The position numbers and the translations under genes are program-made. The notes beneath the pieces are model-generated. The model worked only from the letters and a program-made list of their open reading frames with translations, was not told where the DNA came from and did not search any database. Shown piece by piece: positions 48,603 through 57,700 of a stretch of DNA of 64,000 nt. The first letter of the stretch is position 1, and every line of letters starts with the position of its first letter. The DNA is taken from NCBI GenBank assembly GCA_965223415.1, contig OZ245002.1, positions 2,208,001-2,272,000 on the forward strand. The letters run 5' to 3'. This DNA is from Myxococcota bacterium (GTDB lineage: Bacteria > Myxococcota_A > UBA9160 > UBA6930).

Positions 48603-50981
48603 ATGGAAGGACGTTCCACCTACATCCGACCCGACCGCCCGTCCCCGAGGAGAGCGTTCCTCCTCGGCGCGATCGCCATTGCGCCGCCGGTCGCGATTCT
48701 CCTCCTGGCCTTCCCATCCCTGCTCGATCCGGCGCAGCCGCGCTTCCCCTGCCCCCTCTATCCCAATGCGGTCACCTCGATGACCTCGGGGTTCCACGAG
48801 GGTTGTGAGCTTCCCTACGGGACGCGGATTCGCTCCGTCCGGGACGAGAAAGGCGTGGTCTTCGTCGACGACACCAACGGCCTCGGCGAAGTGCTCGAGA
48901 GGTTGAAGATCGGTCCCGTTTCGATCGACCTCGATCCTCGCGGCTCCGCCGAGGTCAGGACCCTCCCGCACGATTCGGCTCAGTCCATCGCCCGCGTCAC
49001 GGCTTCCGTCGTCCTCTGCGGGATCCTGATCGCCATCGTCCTGCTGACGGCCGTCCGCGCGAAGGTGGATGCGGCGTTGCCCTTCGCGCTCATCTACGGA
49101 AGCGTCGGAGCCCTGATCGCCGGGGCGATCGCGGGGTGGTCGGCTCCTGCGGTCTATCCCGTCACGGCGGCGGCGCGAATGCTCCTGGCGGCGGCGATCC
49201 TCGATCTGGCGATGGTCTTCCCTCGGCCCCGGGACATCCTCGACATCGCGCCTTCCGTGAGGAGCGTTCCGTACGCGTTCTTCGGCGTCATCCTCCTCGC
49301 CGAGCTCGACGCAACCTACCGCGCCGCCCACACCTCCATGGTGCTCGTGCAGAAGGTGTCCTTCGTCCTCCTCGCGGGGTCGATGCTCCTTCTGTGCGTC
49401 GCCTGCTACCTGGCCATGCGCGAGTCGCCCTCGCTGCTGGAGCGGCGACAGGCGACCGCATTCCTGAAGGGGCTCGTGGGTCTGTGCGCCGCCACGCAGC
49501 TGCTCTCGATCGCCGATCCCTCGAGCAGCGCCTTCTCCGCCACCGTCATCGGTGCGGCCCTCTCGCCCCTGCCCCTGGGCTATGCCATCGCCCGCTATCA
49601 TCTGTTCGATCTGGACCTGGCCGTGCGCCGGGCTGCGGCACATCTGGTCTACCTGCTCGCGATCAGCACCATCGTCTTCCTCGCCGTGGTGATCTTCCGC
49701 GAGGCGCTGACACTCCCCGACCTGGTCAGCTCGCGTCCGGTCCTCTTTGCCCTCGTCTTCGGCTGCATCGCCCCCTTGGATCTGCTTCGCTCATGGGTTG
49801 CCAGCTCGATCCAGACCGTGTTCCGCCCGAACTCGCTCGCCTGGGACCAGCTCCTCGACGATCCGTCCTCGACGCGCATTGCCGGGCTCTCGAGCGTGCA
49901 GGAGATTGCGTCCAGGGCGAGTCGGATCCTCGCGGCTGGTCTGCCGAAGACCCACAACGCGGTCTTCACCCTCGCAGAGCGCCGCATGGTTCTGGCTCAT
50001 GCGACGGGCCCCCCCGCGTGCACGGACTCGGGCATCGCCGAGCTCGCCGCCACGTCGTTTCCGGGTCGGCTCGTGGACCTGAACCGCGTCGAGCTGGACG
50101 AGGCCGGCGAGACCATCTACGAGGCCGGCGTCGAGCTGAGCTGCCCGATCGGCACGGGTGACGAGATCCTCGGATGGCTGATCGTCAGCCCCGCCCGACG
50201 AGGCATGTTCTTCTCCGCGGGCCACCTGAGCTTCGTGGAGTCGATCGCCGCCCAGGCTGCGTCGGCGCTGCACTCGATCGAGCTGAAGGAGGCGCTGGTC
50301 ATCTCCGAGCGGTTCGCGGCGAAGGGCCGCGTTCACGCCGAGCTTGCCCACGAGATCGGCAAACCCCTGGGCACGCTCGAGATCCTCGCCAAAAAGCTCG
50401 AGGCCGGCGCGGTCGACGCCGCGGCCCGTCCGCGAGTCGTCGAATCCATCGCGCGTCTCGCAGGTCAGCTGCGAAGCATCGTTCGCGGCGTTCTCGAGGC
50501 CGGCTCCATGCCCACGGAAGCTGCGCCCGTGCTCGTGCCGGACCTCATCGAGCAGGCGCTGCGCGAAGTTGCCGAGGTGCGCGGCGAGGGGCGAGTCGTG
50601 GTCCATGCCATTCCCCAGGTTCCGACGCTGCCTCTTCCCTTCCAGCGGCTCGGTCGGCTGATCGTCAACCTCCTGCACAACGCGATCGAGGCAAGCGATC
50701 CCGACGACACCGTCGAGCTGTCGGTCGACCACTTGGCCGGGACGCTCTCGATCGAGGTGAGTGACGATGGCCGCGGCATGTCCCCCGACCAGCTCGCGTG
50801 TGCGACGGAGCCCTTCGTGAGCTTTCGTCCGGAGGGCAACGGCCTCGGGCTCGCAATCGCCGCGGAGACCGTCCGCCAGCTCGGAGGCCGATTCGAGCTG
50901 TCGTCCGAGCTGGGAACGGGAACTCGAGCTCGGATCTCCATCTCCGCCGAAGCGATCCAGGGACAGGAGACGTCGCAATGA
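48603..50981 (+). CDS. Multi-TM sensor histidine kinase (periplasmic loop, TM block, GAF-like region, HisKA, HATPase)
   Basis: H-box LAHEIGKPL, NLLHNAIEA, DDGRGM, GNGLGL; YAIARYHLFDLD after the TM block. Confidence 0.9.
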   Translation: MEGRSTYIRPDRPSPRRAFLLGAIAIAPPVAILLLAFPSLLDPAQPRFPCPLYPNAVTSMTSGFHEGCELPYGTRIRSVRDEKGVVFVDDTNGLGEVLERLKIGPVSIDLDPRGSAEVRTLPHDSAQSIARVTASVVLCGILIAIVLLTAVRAKVDAALPFALIYGSVGALIAGAIAGWSAPAVYPVTAAARMLLAAAILDLAMVFPRPRDILDIAPSVRSVPYAFFGVILLAELDATYRAAHTSMVLVQKVSFVLLAGSMLLLCVACYLAMRESPSLLERRQATAFLKGLVGLCAATQLLSIADPSSSAFSATVIGAALSPLPLGYAIARYHLFDLDLAVRRAAAHLVYLLAISTIVFLAVVIFREALTLPDLVSSRPVLFALVFGCIAPLDLLRSWVASSIQTVFRPNSLAWDQLLDDPSSTRIAGLSSVQEIASRASRILAAGLPKTHNAVFTLAERRMVLAHATGPPACTDSGIAELAATSFPGRLVDLNRVELDEAGETIYEAGVELSCPIGTGDEILGWLIVSPARRGMFFSAGHLSFVESIAAQAASALHSIELKEALVISERFAAKGRVHAELAHEIGKPLGTLEILAKKLEAGAVDAAARPRVVESIARLAGQLRSIVRGVLEAGSMPTEAAPVLVPDLIEQALREVAEVRGEGRVVVHAIPQVPTLPLPFQRLGRLIVNLLHNAIEASDPDDTVELSVDHLAGTLSIEVSDDGRGMSPDQLACATEPFVSFRPEGNGLGLAIAAETVRQLGGRFELSSELGTGTRARISISAEAIQGQETSQ

Positions 50982-52177
50982 TCACCGTCCTGGTGGTCGA
51001 CGATTGCCCCGACGCGCTCGAGCTGATCTCGAGCGAACTCTGTTCAGAAGAGGTCGCGGTCCTCCGGGCCACGGACGGCCGAGAAGCCTGGCTCCTCTTC
51101 GAGGACGAGTCCCCGGACGTCGTCGTCAGCGACGTCCGCATGCCGCATTCCGACGGCTTCGATCTGCTGAAGCGGGTTCGGGAGGTCTCGGACGTGCCTC
51201 TCATCCTGCTGACGGCGCACGCCGAGGTGCCGGCCGCCGTCACTGCGATGCGCGCCGGCGCGGACGACTACCTCCGCTACCCGGACGACCTGGATCAGAT
51301 CCGGAGCGCGGTTCGCGAGCTGGCGAAACGCAAGGGGCCCACGCCGGGAGACGCGGTCGATCGGTTGCTCGTCGGAGACTCCGAGGTGATAGAAGTCGTG
51401 CGGAATCGCATCCGCTCGCTGGCCTCCCTGCGTTCCCCCGTTCTGATCACCGGCGAGTCCGGAAGCGGAAGGGCTCGCGTGGCGAAGGCGTTGCACGAGC
51501 TTTCGTCCCCCGAGAAGCCCCTGTGGGCCGTTGCCCCGAGCGAGCCCGCTCCGCCCGACGCCTTGGGGACCGTCCTCCTGAGGGAGATCGCCGATTTCGA
51601 GATGTCCGAGCAGAGGCGGTGGTGCACCGAGCTGCACCGGATCAAGGGCCGCAACTCTCCCTTCGATCGCCTGATCATCACGACCGAGGCGGAAAAGGGC
51701 GATCCTGCGGTCCATCCGCAGCTTTGGAAGGAGGCAGGTCGCTTCGAGATCGAAGTGCCCCCTCTTCGGAAGCGCGTCGAGGACATCGAGAAGCTCTCCT
51801 GGGACCTGGCCTGCGAGGTGAGCCGCGATCTCGGGTGCGACTCCCCACGCATCTCCCGCGACGCCGTCGCGACCCTGCAGAGACACAAGTGGCCCGGCAA
51901 CGTGTCCGAGCTGCGAGAGATCCTGGAGAAGGCCGTGGCCTACTCGCGTGGCAGCTTCGTCTCCGCTCACGCGATCGATGAAGCGCGAAGGCTGGTGATC
52001 ACGCAGAAGCAGGAGGGTCTCGCAAAGCGCCGCTCCGCCCGGCATCTCGCGGAACGCCAGGAGCTGGTCGTGATGCTCGAGGAGTGCGGTGGCAACGTGG
52101 CCGAGATGAGTCGCCGGATGGGCATGACGCGTGGTGCCATTGCCTACCGACTGAAGAAGCACGGGCTGGCGGTCTGA
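50978..52177 (+). CDS. NtrC-like response regulator with degenerate AAA+ domain (no GAFTGA)
   Basis: REC (VLVVDD, SDVRMP); GESGSGR; PPLRKRVEDI; WPGNVSELR; Fis-type HTH GGNVAEMSRRMG. Confidence 0.88.
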   Translation: MITVLVVDDCPDALELISSELCSEEVAVLRATDGREAWLLFEDESPDVVVSDVRMPHSDGFDLLKRVREVSDVPLILLTAHAEVPAAVTAMRAGADDYLRYPDDLDQIRSAVRELAKRKGPTPGDAVDRLLVGDSEVIEVVRNRIRSLASLRSPVLITGESGSGRARVAKALHELSSPEKPLWAVAPSEPAPPDALGTVLLREIADFEMSEQRRWCTELHRIKGRNSPFDRLIITTEAEKGDPAVHPQLWKEAGRFEIEVPPLRKRVEDIEKLSWDLACEVSRDLGCDSPRISRDAVATLQRHKWPGNVSELREILEKAVAYSRGSFVSAHAIDEARRLVITQKQEGLAKRRSARHLAERQELVVMLEECGGNVAEMSRRMGMTRGAIAYRLKKHGLAV

Positions 52178-54447
52178 TGCACCGACTTACGGAGCTTTCG
52201 CTTCGGTATCCGTGGGTGACGATCGTTGTCGCGCTTGTCGCTTCGGGTCTGGCTGGTGCCTCCCTTCCCGGCCAGGACGTTCTTACTGGCGCCCGCTCGC
52301 AGCTCGGTGCCGCAAGTTCGGTAGTGCAGACGTTCGACTCCTTCATGGAGCGCTTCGGCGGCGGCTACCCCGTTCTGATCGCATGGAGCTGCGAGACATC
52401 TCCCTGCGAAGATGTGCTCGACGCCAAGTCTCGGTCAATGGCCTCCGACGTGTCCCGCTTCCTCGAGCAGGCGGAGTTCGTTACGCGAGTCCTGAGTCCT
52501 GCCACGACACCGCTGGTCGCATCGGACGAGATGGGGAACATCGAGATCATCCGCCTCGGCGACGGGGTGCAGAACGAGCTGATCTCCGACCGCGAGCGCG
52601 ATCTCGTGTACCAGGATCCAAGTTGGCGGCGGGCTCTCGTGTCTGAAACCGCAGATGTGGCTGGGATCGTAGTCGAGACCAGCTCAAGCGATAGCGACGC
52701 GCTCTTCTCGATTGTGAGCGATGTTCGGCTGGCGCTCGAGCCTCATCGCCTCGCCGGGTTCGACTTCCATCTCATGGGCCAGCCTGTCCTCGAAGTGATG
52801 ATCCAAGAGCAGTCGCTGAAGGATGGAGCCACTGTGGCTGCGCTCACCAGCCTGGTGATTGCCCTCACGATCGCGTACCTGACAAGATCCTGGCAAGCGG
52901 TGGTCGCCGTGATGCTCACCATCGGATGCGCCACGGCGTGGATGATGAGCTCCCTGACCATCCTTGGGTGGCCACGAGACTCGCTGGCAATGGTCGCACC
53001 CACGCTGGTCTTGGTGGTAGGCGCCGCGGATGCGATTCACCTCTTGTCGTCCTATGCGGCCAATCGGTCCCTAGGCCGATCCACTCGAGATTCCCTTGTC
53101 GGTGGCGCTCGGCAGCTCTCGGGGCCCTGCCTGGTGACGACGCTTACGACTGGAGCAGCGTTCGCCTCTTTCGTGGCAAGTGAGATCCGAGCTCTTGCCC
53201 AGTTCGGCGTTCTCAGCGCCATTGGAGTATCGGCAGCCCTGATCTTGGCCTTTTCTCTTCTGCCAGCCCTGATGTACGTGCTGCCTTCGGAGGGACGGTC
53301 GGCTGGCCGACGTTCTGACGGCTGGAGTCGCGTCGTGGGGCGACTTGCGGACTTCGCGACGACCCGGGTTGGCCTCGTTTTCGGGGCCGCAGCCCTGGTC
53401 CTGGCCGTTTCGGCTGTAGGAGTGCCAAAGCTGCGCGCGGAATTCGACATCTATGGCTTTTGGGAGTCGTCCCATCCGGTTAGGCAGGCGCTCGCCTTTT
53501 TCGACGAGAACCTCCGGCGCCCGGATTCATTCGAAGTGTCGATCAGTCCCCCCATGCCGACCACGTTTGCGGACCCGGATGCACTTCGACTGCTCGAAGG
53601 AGTCGAAGCGGATCTTGCAGAGATCAAAGGGCTTGGGTCCTCGATGTCGATTGTGAAGATCTTGAAGCGGCTCGACGAAGTTGTCGGGGAAGGCTCGCCC
53701 GGACTGAGCCCGACTCGGGTCGCAGAGCTCCTACTTCTGAGTTCCTTCGGAGGACCGCACGTGATCGACCCGTGGATCACAATCGACCACCAGCACGCGA
53801 GGATCTCGCTGGAAGCTGGACGCCTTCTTCAGCAAGAGCGAGCGGAGATGATCGCTTCCGCCAGTCGAGTCCTTGAGAACCGCTTGCCGGAGGGCTGGAG
53901 GTTCGAGGTTACCGGTTCGATTCCGTTGATGCATGCCAGCGTGGACTCCACCATGAGAGCTCAGCTGCAGTCGTTCGTCGTCGCGACTGGGCTGGTCTTC
54001 GTGATCTTGGTGATCTACATGCGATCGTTGTTCTGGGGGGCGTTCGCGATGCTCCCAAATCTGATTCCGGTCGCGGTCCTCATCGGCGCAATGGGGCACC
54101 TCGGGATCTACCTGGACGCCGCGACGGCGATGGTGGCTCCCCTGGCGCTCGGCATCGCAGTCGATGACACGATTCACATCCTGGCAGGCTTTCGTGCCAA
54201 TCGAGCGCGTGGCATCGATATGGTGAACGCAGTTCGTTCAGCGATGATGACCACTGGGCGGGCAGTGATCACGACAACTGCGGCGCTTGGTCTGGGGTTC
54301 TTGACAATGATGGTGTCGTCCTTTCAGAACATTGCGAACATCGGATTCTTGAACTCGCTCGCCATAGTCGGCGCACTCGTGGCCGATCTCATCGTGCTTC
54401 CCGCGCTCATCGCGGCGCTTGCGTCGATGCGGAGTCGAGCACGGTAG
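52177..54447 (+). CDS. MMPL/RND family lipid transporter
   Basis: Two repeats of TM-periplasmic domain-TM block; GAADAIH, TTLTTGAAF, LGIAVDDTIH, TGRAVITT, ADLIVLPAL. Confidence 0.9.
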   Translation: MHRLTELSLRYPWVTIVVALVASGLAGASLPGQDVLTGARSQLGAASSVVQTFDSFMERFGGGYPVLIAWSCETSPCEDVLDAKSRSMASDVSRFLEQAEFVTRVLSPATTPLVASDEMGNIEIIRLGDGVQNELISDRERDLVYQDPSWRRALVSETADVAGIVVETSSSDSDALFSIVSDVRLALEPHRLAGFDFHLMGQPVLEVMIQEQSLKDGATVAALTSLVIALTIAYLTRSWQAVVAVMLTIGCATAWMMSSLTILGWPRDSLAMVAPTLVLVVGAADAIHLLSSYAANRSLGRSTRDSLVGGARQLSGPCLVTTLTTGAAFASFVASEIRALAQFGVLSAIGVSAALILAFSLLPALMYVLPSEGRSAGRRSDGWSRVVGRLADFATTRVGLVFGAAALVLAVSAVGVPKLRAEFDIYGFWESSHPVRQALAFFDENLRRPDSFEVSISPPMPTTFADPDALRLLEGVEADLAEIKGLGSSMSIVKILKRLDEVVGEGSPGLSPTRVAELLLLSSFGGPHVIDPWITIDHQHARISLEAGRLLQQERAEMIASASRVLENRLPEGWRFEVTGSIPLMHASVDSTMRAQLQSFVVATGLVFVILVIYMRSLFWGAFAMLPNLIPVAVLIGAMGHLGIYLDAATAMVAPLALGIAVDDTIHILAGFRANRARGIDMVNAVRSAMMTTGRAVITTTAALGLGFLTMMVSSFQNIANIGFLNSLAIVGALVADLIVLPALIAALASMRSRAR

Positions 54448-54744
54448 TCCTCGGATCGAAGACGATCAGATGTCAACGGCTGCAGATGGCCCGGTGTTTC
54501 GCGGCCCCGCGCGTATCGACCCCGATTCTCGGTGAGCTGAGCCTGGCGGCTCTGGACCGCTGCCTTCGGACGGAACCCGCCTCGCCCGCACCGTGTCGAT
54601 CGTGGCACTCGCCCCAGGTGGCCTCCGGTGCCGCTGGTCGCCGCCCTGACGGCCCTCGCCGCGCCCCCCGATTTGGCGATCTTTGACACCATCCGCCGCT
54701 CTCCAGCCTGTCGTTCCCACCCTCCGCGCCCGTAGGGTCGTGGC

Positions 54745-54957
54745 ATGGCTCGGCTCTCCCTGTTCTGCACCCGCCATCCGAAGCTCGCCTGCCTGGCGCT
54801 CCCGGGCTGGGTTGCCCTGAGGGAGTCCCAGGCGCTTCGGCTGGACGACGCCGTGGACCTGCCGATCCTTCCGGCCCTCGTCTCGATCGTGGCCGCGGAC
54901 CGGGAGCGGGCGGGGTCGGATGTCGGCCTCGCCGCCGAGCCCGTAAGGACGCGCTGA
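54745..54957 (+). pseudogene. Probable internally deleted MMPL paralog (N-terminus fused to C-terminus), 70 aa
   Basis: MARLSLFCTRHP resembles MHRLTELSLRYP and VDLPILPALVSIVA resembles ADLIVLPALIAALA of the adjacent MMPL. Confidence 0.5.
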
Positions 54958-54971
54958 GAAGGAGAACCATC

Positions 54972-55880
54972 ATGGCTCAGACGATTCGCCACGGCACCGA
55001 GCCGACCGCAGCCATCTCCGACGCGCATGCACCCCGCGTCGAGGTGGAATCGCTGGGCGCTCTTGCCGGCGAAGGCCGCGCAGTCACCCGGGTAAGGGAG
55101 TGGCTGCGCGGTCTGGCGTCCCTGCAGGCGCCGGTCCTCCTGGTCGGTGAGGCCGGGAGCGGTCGCAGCACGGCCGCGGGTCTGCTGCACGCCTGGGGAA
55201 CCGCGGCCCAGGCTCCATTCGTCCGCATCGCCGCGGGTGGCGTGGGCCCCGAGGCCACTCCGCTTCGCGGGACGATCCATCTCGAGGATCTCGAGCAGCT
55301 TCCGGCCGCCGGGCAGGGGCGGTGGCGACGGTTCGTGGATGCGTCCCACGAAGGCAGTCGGCTCATCGCGTCGGCCGGTCCTCTCTTCGCCGACCGTGTT
55401 GCCAGCGGCGGCTTCGACGCAGCGCTAGCATCCGCGTTGCAGCGGTTCGAGGTGCGGTTGCCCACCCTGCGCGATCGGCCCGAAGACCTGCCTGTCCTCG
55501 CGTCGGCCTTGCTCGCTTCGGTCGGTCGTGAGCTCGGGCGCCCGGATCGCCGTCTGACGGACGGCGCGGTGCGACGCCTCGCCCGTGAGCGCTGGCCCGG
55601 CAACCTCACCGAGCTGCGTCGCGTGATCGAGCGGCTGATCGCCTTCTGCGACGGGCCGTCCATCGGCCTAACAGAGGTGGAGGCGGTGCTCGAGGACATT
55701 CGTCCGTCGGTGGCCGAGCTCCGCGAGCGCCATCAGGTGGCCGAGCGAGTGTGCCTGATTCGGCACCTCGAAGAGACCGGCGGCAACGTCACCGAGACGG
55801 CGGAGCGCATGCAGCGGAGCCGCGCTGCCATCTACCGGCTGGTCGAGAAGCACGGCATCGCGCTGCGGCGGGGCGCCTGA
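54972..55880 (+). CDS. Receiver-less degenerate sigma54-activator-like regulator (AAA+-like domain and Fis HTH)
   Basis: RBS AAGGAG; GEAGSGR, PTLRDRPEDL, WPGNLTELR, GGNVTETAERM; no GAFTGA. Confidence 0.85.
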   Translation: MAQTIRHGTEPTAAISDAHAPRVEVESLGALAGEGRAVTRVREWLRGLASLQAPVLLVGEAGSGRSTAAGLLHAWGTAAQAPFVRIAAGGVGPEATPLRGTIHLEDLEQLPAAGQGRWRRFVDASHEGSRLIASAGPLFADRVASGGFDAALASALQRFEVRLPTLRDRPEDLPVLASALLASVGRELGRPDRRLTDGAVRRLARERWPGNLTELRRVIERLIAFCDGPSIGLTEVEAVLEDIRPSVAELRERHQVAERVCLIRHLEETGGNVTETAERMQRSRAAIYRLVEKHGIALRRGA

Positions 55881-55983
55881 GCCGACCCGGAGGAAACCCC
55901 AACGCTGCGCTCGGGATCCCCCAATCCCCCGCTACTGACCGCGCGGCTAGCTTCCTCGTGCCCTTCTCGCCCGAGGAAGATCC

Positions 55984-57699
55984 GTGCCGACGCCCGACGG
56001 GTTCACGCTCGATCCGGCGGCGTTTCGCGCGTCGCATCCGTTCCACGCGGTCGTTTCCCGCCGAGGCGAGATCACCCAGGTGGGACGGGGCTGGCAGCGA
56101 TTGGCTCCGGAGCTGCGTGCGGGTGCCCGCTTCGACGAGAGCTTCGCGTTCGTGCAGCCGCCGCAGGGGCGCTTCGAGGCGGCGGCGCTCGACGAGCTGG
56201 AGGGCTCGCTTCTCGTCCTGGAGCACCGTCGGCTGGGGCTGCGCCTGCGCGCGGAGGTGGTGGCTTCAGGCGGTGTGTTCTTCTTCCTGATGACGCCGTG
56301 GGCCCGCGGGCTCGATGCGCTTCGCCAGGCGGGCCTGCGACTCGAGGACTTCGCGGCCCACGATGCGATCGGTGACTACCTGGTAGCGCTCGATGCGCAG
56401 AACGCGCTGCTCGGCGAGGCCCGGGAGCTGGCCGAGCGCCTGGCCGCCCAGAAGGCCGAGCTGGCCCGCCTGAACGAGCGCCTCGCTGCGGAGATGGAGG
56501 CCGTGCAGCAGGCGCGGGACGAGCGCGCGCAGATGGCGCGGCGAGTGAAGGAGGCCGAGCGGCTCGAAAGCCTGGGTGTGCTGGCGGGCGGCGCCGCCCA
56601 CGATTTCAACAACCTGCTCGTGCCGATCCTCGCCAACGCGGAGCTGCTCCGGGACGAGCCGGTCGGGGAGCAGGGGCGGCGCTGTGTCGAGGAGATCCTG
56701 CAGGCCTCCAGCATCGCCGCGGATCTCTGCCGGCAGATGCTCTCCTACGCCGGGCGCACGCCGGTGCACCTGGAGCTGGTCTCCCTCTCCGGCGTGGTCG
56801 AGGAGATGCAGGAGCTCGTCGGCAGCGCGGCCCCGGGCGTCGAGCTCGGCTTCGAGCTCGATCCAAGGCCGGTCGAGCTGCGTGCCGATTCCACCCAGGT
56901 GCGGCAGATCGTGCTGAACCTCGTGCTCAATGCCACCGAGGCCTGCGGTGCGGTGGGCGGGCGCGTCACGGTGCGCACGGGCCAGCACCTGCCCGGGCCG
57001 CCTCGCCCGGACGAGGTGCGCATGGGGGAGCTGAGCGAGGAGCGCTCCTACGCCTACCTCGAGGTGGAGGACGACGGCGAGGGCATGGACGCCGCCACCC
57101 TCGAGCGCATCTTCGATCCCTTCTTCTCCACCAAGCTCCTCGGGCGCGGCCTCGGCATGGCGGTAGTGTTCGGCATCGTGCGTCGTCACGAGGGCGCCGT
57201 CATCGTCCGCAGCGCTCCGGGCCGGGGCACGCGCATCCGGGTGCTCTTTCCGCCGGGCAATGGAGAGTCTTCCGCGGTGCTTGCGCCTGCGCCGGAGACG
57301 CCGGCTCCCGCTCTTTCCGGCCGGATCCTCCTCGTGGACGACGACCACCGGGTTCGCACCGTCGCCGAGCGCATCCTTCGGCACCACGGCTTCGACGTGG
57401 TCTCGGCCTCCGACGGCGAAGAAGCGCTCGCCCGCTGTCGCGAGACGAGCCACGATCTGCGCTGCGTCCTGCTCGATCTCTCGATGCCCGGGCTCGGCGG
57501 CGAGGCCGTCTACCGGGAGCTGCGCGCGAAGTGGCCGGGCCTGCCCGTGCTGCTGATGAGCGGCTACACCGGCGAGACGGTCGCGGAGCTGCTGGGCGGC
57601 GACCCGCGCGCCGGCTTCCTCCACAAGCCCTTCGGCGCCGAGCAGGTCCTGGCGGCCATCGGCCGCGTGAGCGCGCCGCCGGGCGACGAGGCGGGCTGA
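55984..57699 (+). CDS. Hybrid histidine kinase with N-terminal HNOBA (H-NOX-associated) domain and C-terminal receiver
   Basis: HPFH...ITQVG...FFLMTPW...GLRLEDFAAHD; AHDFNNLL; NLVLNA; DDGEGM; GRGLG; LLVDDD, LDLSMP. Confidence 0.9.
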   Translation: MPTPDGFTLDPAAFRASHPFHAVVSRRGEITQVGRGWQRLAPELRAGARFDESFAFVQPPQGRFEAAALDELEGSLLVLEHRRLGLRLRAEVVASGGVFFFLMTPWARGLDALRQAGLRLEDFAAHDAIGDYLVALDAQNALLGEARELAERLAAQKAELARLNERLAAEMEAVQQARDERAQMARRVKEAERLESLGVLAGGAAHDFNNLLVPILANAELLRDEPVGEQGRRCVEEILQASSIAADLCRQMLSYAGRTPVHLELVSLSGVVEEMQELVGSAAPGVELGFELDPRPVELRADSTQVRQIVLNLVLNATEACGAVGGRVTVRTGQHLPGPPRPDEVRMGELSEERSYAYLEVEDDGEGMDAATLERIFDPFFSTKLLGRGLGMAVVFGIVRRHEGAVIVRSAPGRGTRIRVLFPPGNGESSAVLAPAPETPAPALSGRILLVDDDHRVRTVAERILRHHGFDVVSASDGEEALARCRETSHDLRCVLLDLSMPGLGGEAVYRELRAKWPGLPVLLMSGYTGETVAELLGGDPRAGFLHKPFGAEQVLAAIGRVSAPPGDEAG

Positions 57700-57700
57700 G

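Noticed and set aside
54448..54744. sigma54 promoter or ncRNA in the long intergenic region
   Set aside because: TGGCAC at about 54603 lacks a properly spaced TTGC, and I recognise no RNA family.
47762..55880. Lower-GC block as a prophage or integrative element
   Set aside because: No integrase, transposase, tRNA or flanking direct repeats were seen.
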